A stretch of 50,689 nt of DNA from a virus. Taxonomy: Duplodnaviria > Caudoviricetes. Below are positions 44,408 to 50,689 of this stretch, piece by piece; the first letter of the stretch is position 1, and each line of letters opens with the position of its first letter. Both the position numbers and the translations under genes were made by a program. The notes under the pieces are model-generated. The model was not told the DNA's origin. It made no database searches and saw only the letters and a program-made list of their open reading frames with translations. The stretch is taken from positions 1 through 50,689 of IMG/VR virus record IMGVR_UViG_3300017766_002899; one strand, given 5' to 3'.

Positions 44408-46411
44408 ATGATCCGGTCATTTTTGCTGCGTTGGCTCTTTGGGACCACGGCCCTTGCTTCGGAGCAAGACGCGCCGCGAAGTCCCCTTTTTTCCACGCAC
44501 CTCCGGGTGGTCCCGGCGCGGCAAGAGACCGCGGAGAAACTCGCCCAGCGATACAAGCTCCCCCAGGCGGAAGGGGTTGGCGCGGTTGCCATGGATGCGG
44601 CAAACGGCGGCCTGGGGCTTAAGGGCTTCGCGGACGCCGACCTAGGGGACGCGCTCTTTGCGTGGTACGCCGCTCAAGGCTTTATCGGCTACCAACTCGC
44701 GGGCATCCTCGCCCAGCATTGGTTGATTGACAAAGCTTGTTCCATGCCGGGCCGCGACGCGATCCGCAACGGCTTTGAGGTCATGCTAACCGGCCCGACC
44801 ACGCCGGAGCATACCGAGGCGATCAAGAAAGCGAACAAGCGGTTCCGCCTAAACCGCCAGATGCAAGAATTCGTCCATATGGGGCGCGTCTTTGGCGTCC
44901 GGGTCGCAATTTTCAAGGTCAAGAGTTCCGACCCGAAATACTATGAGCGCCCGTTCAATATCGACGGCGTGGCCCCGGGATCATACCAAGGGATCGTCCA
45001 GGTGGACCCCTATTGGTGTACGCCCCAACTGGATATGGCCGCGGTGGCGGACCCGGCCAGCCCGGAATTTTACGAACCGACTTGGTGGTTTATCAACGGG
45101 GTTCGCTACCATCGCTCACACGTGGCGATCTTCCGGACGTCCCAGCCGGCGGACTTCCTCAAGCCGTCGTATTTCTACGGCGGAATTCCGGTCCCGCAAC
45201 AAATCATGGAGCGCGTTTACGGCGCCGAACGGTCCGCGAACGAGGGCCCGCAACTCCTGATGACAAAGCGTCTTATGACCTGGGGAACGGATATGTCCCA
45301 GGTCTTGGCGAACCAAGAGAAATTCAGCGAGCATATGCGGAACTTTACCGCGCTCCGCGACAATTTCGGCGTTCACGTCCACGATGCAGACGACACGATG
45401 CAGCAATTCGACACGGCGCTTGGCGACGTGGACGCCGTGACGCTTGCCCAATATCAGCTAGTGGCCGCCGGCGCCCGCGTCCCGCTTACGAAACTCCTGG
45501 GGACCTCGCCCCAAGGCGGCCTGGGATCGAACGGAGAGTACGAGGAAACCTCTTACCATGAGCATCTAGAAGACATTCAGGAGAACGACCTTACGCCGTT
45601 CCTGGAGCGCCACTTGGAACTTGTGGTGCGGTCCGAAGTCGAACCCAAGTTTCAGATGGAGCCGGGGACGCTGGAGCCGCACGTGGACTGGAACCCGGTG
45701 GACAGCCCATCGGCGGAAGAACTCGCCAAGCGCAACAAGGACAAGGCGGACGCGGATACGGCGTTGGTCACCATCGGCGCAATTGACGCCGTGGACGTCC
45801 GCAACCGCATTCGCACCGAACGAGACAGCGGCTATTTCGGTATCCAGGACGTTCCGGAAATGGGCGACCCGCTGGCGGAACTGGAGGCGGCCACCCAGGA
45901 GCTTGAGGCGTTGGCCGGCGGCGAGGACCCGCTAGAGGCGGCAACCGCGGCCCTTACCGGCGGAGCCGATCCGCTGGGCGCCGCGACCAAGGCGCTAACC
46001 CATAGCCCGTTGGAAACCGCAATTGCGGCCCTTAGCGGCCAAGACGGTTTCGACCTCCCGACCGCCGCCGGTGTGATCCTGACCCGGGCTAACGGGGACG
46101 TGCTTTGGCTCAAGCGTTCCGATCAAGAGGAAAACGAGCCCGGGAAATGGGGATGGCCCGGCGGTCGGATCGACCACGGCGAGAAACCCCAAGACGCCGC
46201 CATCCGGGAACTTCTGGAGGAAACCGGGATAGACTACGGGGCCCCCATAATCCCCGTGGGCATGGACGGAACCTATATCGTCTTCGCCGCGGTCTCCGTG
46301 GCGGCTCTGGACGTCCGCCTCAACTCGGAACACGTGGACTTTGCGTGGCGGCCCCTTAGCGACCCGCCCAGGCCGCTACACCGGGGGGTTAAGGCGTTCT
46401 TGAATGGCTAA
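44408..46411 (+). CDS. Portal protein (DUF1073-like) fused to a C-terminal Nudix hydrolase
   Basis: Portal motifs FIGYQ...Q.W, RVFG and VP.TKLLG.SP.G; complete Nudix box G-RIDHG-E-KPQDAAI-RELLEETGI. Confidence 0.9.
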   Translation: MIRSFLLRWLFGTTALASEQDAPRSPLFSTHLRVVPARQETAEKLAQRYKLPQAEGVGAVAMDAANGGLGLKGFADADLGDALFAWYAAQGFIGYQLAGILAQHWLIDKACSMPGRDAIRNGFEVMLTGPTTPEHTEAIKKANKRFRLNRQMQEFVHMGRVFGVRVAIFKVKSSDPKYYERPFNIDGVAPGSYQGIVQVDPYWCTPQLDMAAVADPASPEFYEPTWWFINGVRYHRSHVAIFRTSQPADFLKPSYFYGGIPVPQQIMERVYGAERSANEGPQLLMTKRLMTWGTDMSQVLANQEKFSEHMRNFTALRDNFGVHVHDADDTMQQFDTALGDVDAVTLAQYQLVAAGARVPLTKLLGTSPQGGLGSNGEYEETSYHEHLEDIQENDLTPFLERHLELVVRSEVEPKFQMEPGTLEPHVDWNPVDSPSAEELAKRNKDKADADTALVTIGAIDAVDVRNRIRTERDSGYFGIQDVPEMGDPLAELEAATQELEALAGGEDPLEAATAALTGGADPLGAATKALTHSPLETAIAALSGQDGFDLPTAAGVILTRANGDVLWLKRSDQEENEPGKWGWPGGRIDHGEKPQDAAIRELLEETGIDYGAPIIPVGMDGTYIVFAAVSVAALDVRLNSEHVDFAWRPLSDPPRPLHRGVKAFLNG

Positions 46412-47270
46412 GCGCGTCCCACTTACGCGGAAGCGGAAAGACTGGGCGGAAAAGCGGGGCGGTGCGACCTTCTGGGGCCACGCGCTGAATTACCCGGAGC
46501 GCGCGGAAAGCCGGTATCGCTCCGAACTGGAGCGCGCAATTTCGCTTATGCTCGCGGAGACCTCAAAGGGCGTCGCCCAGGTTTGGCGCGCGAACGCCCC
46601 GGCGGTTACGAGCGGCATGGACGCGTCTTTGGCGTCTCAAGCCCGCATCTTGACCAACGCAATGTCCCGTAAGTTCCAGGCGTTCTTTGACAAGCTCGCG
46701 CCTGGGCTCGCGAAACGCATGGCCGCCCAGGTCGCGGGGGCGAGTAAGGCCGGCTTGCATTCCAGCCTCAAGGAAGCGTCCGGCGGCTTGTCGCTGCAAA
46801 CGTCCGTAATCGACGGGCGCATTGCGGAAATCACCAAGGCGTCCGTTGCGGAAAACGTGGCGCTCATAAAGTCCATCCCCCAGAAGTATTTTACGGACCT
46901 CCAGGGCGCCGTTATGCGCTCTATTCAAAAGGGCGACGGGCTCCAGACCGTGTTGGAAGCCGTGACCAAAACGGGCGAGGTCACCAAGCGCCGGGCAACG
47001 CTGATAGCGACCGACCAAACGCGCAAGCTCACCACGTCCGTAAACGCGGCCCGGATGCAGAACCTAGGAATTCGAAAATTCGAATGGTTGCACTCCGCGG
47101 GCGGTAAAGAGCCCAGGCCGCTACATAAGAACGTCTTGAATGGTCAAATTTTCGACCTCGACAATCCGCCCGTTATTGACGAAAACACGGGGGAACGGGG
47201 ATTGCCCGGGCAACTCATTAATTGCCGGTGTAGGATGATCCCGGTAATTGACTTCGGGACAGACAAGTGA
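46404..47270 (+). CDS. MuF/SPP1 gp7-like head morphogenesis protein
   Basis: LIKSI, RA.LIA.DQT.K, W.HS....R..H and PGQLINCRC motifs. Confidence 0.88.
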   Translation: MAKRVPLTRKRKDWAEKRGGATFWGHALNYPERAESRYRSELERAISLMLAETSKGVAQVWRANAPAVTSGMDASLASQARILTNAMSRKFQAFFDKLAPGLAKRMAAQVAGASKAGLHSSLKEASGGLSLQTSVIDGRIAEITKASVAENVALIKSIPQKYFTDLQGAVMRSIQKGDGLQTVLEAVTKTGEVTKRRATLIATDQTRKLTTSVNAARMQNLGIRKFEWLHSAGGKEPRPLHKNVLNGQIFDLDNPPVIDENTGERGLPGQLINCRCRMIPVIDFGTDK

Positions 47271-48490
47271 GCGCGCGGCGACACGACGTAAACGGGTGGT
47301 TTGAGGTAGAGCGCAACCCGCTGTCCAAAGCCGGCGTGTTCCCCTACCTGGGTCGCCAGATCGGGGCCCCGGGGCCCAACCGCCTCTATTACGTGCTGCG
47401 TCCCGCGGAGGAACTTGGGTCCGCCGAAACCGTGGCCTCGTTTCGTCTCATGCCGTTTGTGGACGAACACGCCATGTTAGGGTCCGAAGACGACGGGCTC
47501 ACCCCGGCGGAAGAAAAGGGCGTCCATGGGGTGATCGGGGAGCGCGTCTTTTTCGACCCCACGGACGGCGTCCTTTACGGGAACCTCAAGGTTTGGTCGG
47601 AAAAACTGGCCGCCGATATTTCGGGCGGTAAAAAACAACTATCCGCGGGCTACCGGTGTGTTTACGATTTCACACCGGGAGCCTACAACGGCGAACGATA
47701 CGACGCGGTCCAGCGCGTAATGCGGGGAAACCACTTGGCGCTTGTAGAGCGCGGGAGGATGGGCCCTGAGGTTGCGGTGTTGGATCAATTCGCAATGGAC
47801 ATGAAGGACGCGACACCGATGGACCCCGAACTGATGCAAAAAGTTCTCGCGGCGCTGCAAGCCGCCGTCGTCGCGGTCCAAGGGGCCATGGGCGGCGGGG
47901 GTGGCGACACCACGAACGGGGACACCAATTCGGGCGCGGGCGGCGACACGGTCGCCGGTGAAGCCGGCAAGGACACGGTCACCGGCGACGGCGCCGCGGA
48001 CACCGTGGGCGGCGGCGACGGAAACGACACCATTTCAGGCGGGGACGGAAACGACACCGCCAGCGGCAAGGACGGAGATATGACCATGTCCGGTAACGAC
48101 ACCACTTCGGGCGGCAACGCTCAAGACGCCCTCACCACCGACGAGCGCGCCGAACTCAACCGGCTTCGCGCCGCGGCCAAGACGCCGGCCCCGGTGGGCA
48201 TGGATGAAACCGCCATGGTCCAGACCTTCGCCAAGCGCGACGCGCTGGCCGACCGGCTCAAGGGCCACGTGGGGACCTTCGACCACGCCGGGATGACGCT
48301 GGCGGAAGTCGCCGCCTACGGTGTCGCGAAGCTGGGGCTCACCGACGTCCCGAAGGGCCAAGAGGTGGTGGCGCTGGACGTCGCCCTCCAGGCCAAGGGC
48401 TCGCCCTCCGGCCCCGTGGTCACGGGTGCCCAGGACGTCGCCGCGCGCGAAACTTTCGTCCAGAAGCATCTGGCCGGCTCCGCGGCGTAA
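47267..48490 (+). CDS. Prohead protease/scaffold (DUF2213-like)
   Basis: GVFPY, SF...P..DEH, LSAGY and NHLALV..GR.G motifs, then a low-complexity scaffold. Confidence 0.85.
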   Translation: MSARRHDVNGWFEVERNPLSKAGVFPYLGRQIGAPGPNRLYYVLRPAEELGSAETVASFRLMPFVDEHAMLGSEDDGLTPAEEKGVHGVIGERVFFDPTDGVLYGNLKVWSEKLAADISGGKKQLSAGYRCVYDFTPGAYNGERYDAVQRVMRGNHLALVERGRMGPEVAVLDQFAMDMKDATPMDPELMQKVLAALQAAVVAVQGAMGGGGGDTTNGDTNSGAGGDTVAGEAGKDTVTGDGAADTVGGGDGNDTISGGDGNDTASGKDGDMTMSGNDTTSGGNAQDALTTDERAELNRLRAAAKTPAPVGMDETAMVQTFAKRDALADRLKGHVGTFDHAGMTLAEVAAYGVAKLGLTDVPKGQEVVALDVALQAKGSPSGPVVTGAQDVAARETFVQKHLAGSAA

Positions 48491-48522
48491 CCCGACCACC
48501 CCACGAACAAGGACCCCCGCCA

Positions 48523-49092
48523 ATGTCTTTCCAATCCTCTGTCCTCGCCCAGATCGGCGCCGGCGTCATTGGCGAACTCGCCTTTGATGGCCCGTTCCGC
48601 GGTCAACCGGCCATCGTCCATTCCGCCGACGCGGCCAATAACGTCGTCGGTCGCGCCTTCACGATCACGTCCGGCGCCACCGGTTCGTGGCAAGCGGGCT
48701 CCGCCGGTGCGGCCAACCCCGCCGCCATCAAGGTCGCCGCGGGCGGCGCTGGCGTCTTCGCCGGCATCCTCGCGAACCCCAAGGTCTACGCCCTGGTCGG
48801 AACCGCCGTCGGCGGCCCGCTGGCGCCGTCGCTGGCCGTTCCCAACGATATCGCCGTGGAACTGGTCACCGAGGGGGACATTTTCGTGGCGCTGGGCGCC
48901 GCCTCCGCGCCGGGTGACGTGGTGTGGTATCTGGAGGCTACGGGCGTTCTCGTCACGTCCGCCCCGGGCGCCGCGCAACCGGCCCTGACCGGAGACTATC
49001 CCATCGGGACGGTCCAGCGGTTCACGGACGCCGCCGCGTCCATCGCGGTCATTCACGTTTCGCCTTACGTCCCGATCCCTCCGGCGGCGTAA
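48523..49092 (+). CDS. Capsid decoration/cement protein
   Basis: Lies between protease and MCP; FQ..V....G..GE, FAGIL and G..FV motifs. Confidence 0.7.
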   Translation: MSFQSSVLAQIGAGVIGELAFDGPFRGQPAIVHSADAANNVVGRAFTITSGATGSWQAGSAGAANPAAIKVAAGGAGVFAGILANPKVYALVGTAVGGPLAPSLAVPNDIAVELVTEGDIFVALGAASAPGDVVWYLEATGVLVTSAPGAAQPALTGDYPIGTVQRFTDAAASIAVIHVSPYVPIPPAA

Positions 49093-49178
49093 CTCCAATC
49101 GGGCGGTGAGCGCGCACCGCCCATTCTTTCAATCGGCTAGGCTGGGACCCGCCAAGGCTCATCAAAGGGGATTTAACC

Positions 49179-50291
49179 ATGGCCCTCCGGCCCTCCGAAA
49201 TTCATTCCAGCATTGCGGGCCGTGACGTTCGCCCCGTGGTGATGACCGCCGCCGACGTGTCGGACTATCTGGAGCTTCGCACTCTGGGTATCGACCTGGA
49301 TGAGCGGATCGTCCGCCAGATGATCGTGGGGCTAGACGCCGCCCCCGACCTCCAGCCCACGGTGTACGGCTCCACGTCCGTAACCCCGATCCAGTTTCTC
49401 CAATCGTGGCTCCCGGGTTTCGTCTCCGCGATCACCCAGGTCCGGGCCATTGATGACCTCATCGGCATCACGACCGCCGGGGACTGGGAGGATGAGGAAA
49501 TCGTCCAGGGCGTGATGGAGCCCACCGGCCTCGCCCAGCTTTACGGGGACTATACCAGCGTCCCCTTGGCGTCCTGGAACCTGACTTTCGAGCGCCGGAC
49601 CATCGTTCGGTTCGAGGAAGGGATGCAAGTGGGCGTCCTGGAGGAAGCTCGCGCGTCCAAGGTCCGCGTGGCCTCCGCCGCCCGCAAGCGCGCCTCCGCC
49701 ACGCTCGCGCTGGACATTCAGCGCAACCGCGTCGGGTTCTACGGCTACAACTCCGGGCCGGGCCGGACCTACGGGTTCCTCAACGATCCGTCGCTTCCCG
49801 CCTACGTGAACGTCCCGAACGGCGCCGGCGGCTCGCCCCTCTGGGCGAACAAGACGTTCCTGGAAATCACCGCCGACATTCGTTCGGCGTTCGGCGCCCT
49901 GATCGTCCAGGCCGGCGGCCTCGTCAAGAACTCCGACAAGGTCACGCTCGCGCTCCCGCTGGGCTCGGACAACTATCTGTCCGTGACGTCGGAGTTCGGC
50001 AACTCGGTCCGCACGTGGCTCAAGGACACGTATCCCAATATGCGGGTGGTGACCGCTCCGGAACTGGCCGCGGCCAACGGCGGCGTGAATGTGTTCTATC
50101 TCTACGCCGACAGCGTCCAGGACGGCGACAGCGACGACGGCGGCCAAACTTGGCTCCAGATCGTCCCGACCAAGTTCAAGACGCTGGGCGTGGAGAAACG
50201 CGCCAAGAACTACCTGGAGGACTATGCCAACGCGACCGCGGGCGTTATGCTGAAGCGGCCCTTCGCGGTGGTGCGGCGCTCCGGTATCTGA
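49179..50291 (+). CDS. Major capsid protein (DUF2184-like)
   Basis: 370 aa; G.W.D, YGD, N..GFYG, YGFLNDP.LP, W..KT..EI..DI and G...KRP.A motifs. Confidence 0.9.
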   Translation: MALRPSEIHSSIAGRDVRPVVMTAADVSDYLELRTLGIDLDERIVRQMIVGLDAAPDLQPTVYGSTSVTPIQFLQSWLPGFVSAITQVRAIDDLIGITTAGDWEDEEIVQGVMEPTGLAQLYGDYTSVPLASWNLTFERRTIVRFEEGMQVGVLEEARASKVRVASAARKRASATLALDIQRNRVGFYGYNSGPGRTYGFLNDPSLPAYVNVPNGAGGSPLWANKTFLEITADIRSAFGALIVQAGGLVKNSDKVTLALPLGSDNYLSVTSEFGNSVRTWLKDTYPNMRVVTAPELAAANGGVNVFYLYADSVQDGDSDDGGQTWLQIVPTKFKTLGVEKRAKNYLEDYANATAGVMLKRPFAVVRRSGI

Positions 50292-50319
50292 CCCCACGGG
50301 GAACCGGCGACACGAACCG

Positions 50320-50350
50320 AGGCGCGGGGCGACAACCCCGCGCCTTTTTC
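50320..50350 (+). terminator. Intrinsic terminator after the MCP gene
   Basis: AGGCGCGGGG / CCCCGCGCCT stem followed by TTTT. Confidence 0.8.
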
Positions 50351-50372
50351 GTGCGCGCCTGGAGAGGACCAA

Positions 50373-50689
50373 ATGAGCAAAAAATTCATCTATTCGACCC
50401 TGACCGCCGACAACATTTACGCCGGCTATGCCAAGGGCGGCGCGGATATTCCGATTGTGGCCCACCAAGTCCACATCAAGGGCGGCGCCAACGTCGCGGA
50501 CCGCCGGCTCATCACGCCGCGCGGCGTGGTGACCGAGGTCACGGACGCCGATTTCGATTTCCTCATGGAGAATTCCGTTTTCCAGATGCACGTGGAAAAC
50601 GGTTATATCTCTTTCAGCGATCGCAAAGAGGACCCCGAAGTGGCCGCCGCCGATATGGAGGGTCGCGACCAAGCGTCCCCGCTGGTCCC
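50373..50689 (+). CDS. 5' part of the head-associated hypothetical protein (continues to 235)
   Basis: GAGGA RBS and ATG at 50373; IKGGANVA and TPRGVVT motifs. Confidence 0.8.
   Translation, partial: MSKKFIYSTLTADNIYAGYAKGGADIPIVAHQVHIKGGANVADRRLITPRGVVTEVTDADFDFLMENSVFQMHVENGYISFSDRKEDPEVAAADMEGRDQASPLV
50567..50689. repeat. Direct repeat of the window start
   Basis: Identical to bases 1-123. Confidence 0.95.

Noticed and set aside
44408-45850. Calling the portal itself an anti-CBASS Acb1
   Set aside because: DUF1073 portals often inherit that label, but the appended domain here has a Nudix box rather than paired HxT motifs.
49101-49130. GGGCGGTG/CACCGCCC hairpin before the MCP gene as an ncRNA
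   Set aside because: It is a single 8-bp stem, more simply an mRNA stability element or weak terminator.
50567-50689. 123-bp terminal repeat as physical phage ends
   Set aside because: It falls mid-gene and is the size of an assembler overlap, so it is best read as a circularity artefact.

Overview
The window looks like a complete, circularly permuted genome of a GC-rich tailed phage with a contractile tail. It is about 50,566 bp unique; bases 50567-50689 repeat bases 1-123. Gene content and order resemble Bcep781-like myoviruses: terminase, DUF1073 portal, MuF, DUF2213 protease/scaffold, DUF2184 capsid, DUF3383 sheath, tape measure, baseplate, fibre, PolA, SSB, Cas4-like nuclease, SF2 helicase and primase-helicase. 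Family names come from my recognition of motifs and synteny, not database searches. I saw no integrase, CI-like repressor, tRNA or CRISPR array. TTGACG -35 boxes suggest an alphaproteobacterial (Caulobacter-like) host, which is an inference. The most unusual elements are: (1) a portal protein fused through a helical repeat linker to an intact Nudix hydrolase, with recurring [AG]-[MQL]-D motifs in the head proteins that may let the protease release it; (2) a cassette between terL and portal encoding fibre/spike-like proteins with Sec- or Tat-like signal peptides plus an acetylesterase; (3) a C5 methyltransferase with permuted motifs and a second subunit nested in another reading frame; (4) a genome-wide TTGACG-N4-CGTCAA promoter/operator cassette coupled to RBS-occluding hairpins; (5) a candidate pseudoknotted small RNA; (6) RTX-like nonapeptide repeats in the scaffold; (7) an ADP-ribosyltransferase-fold early gene.
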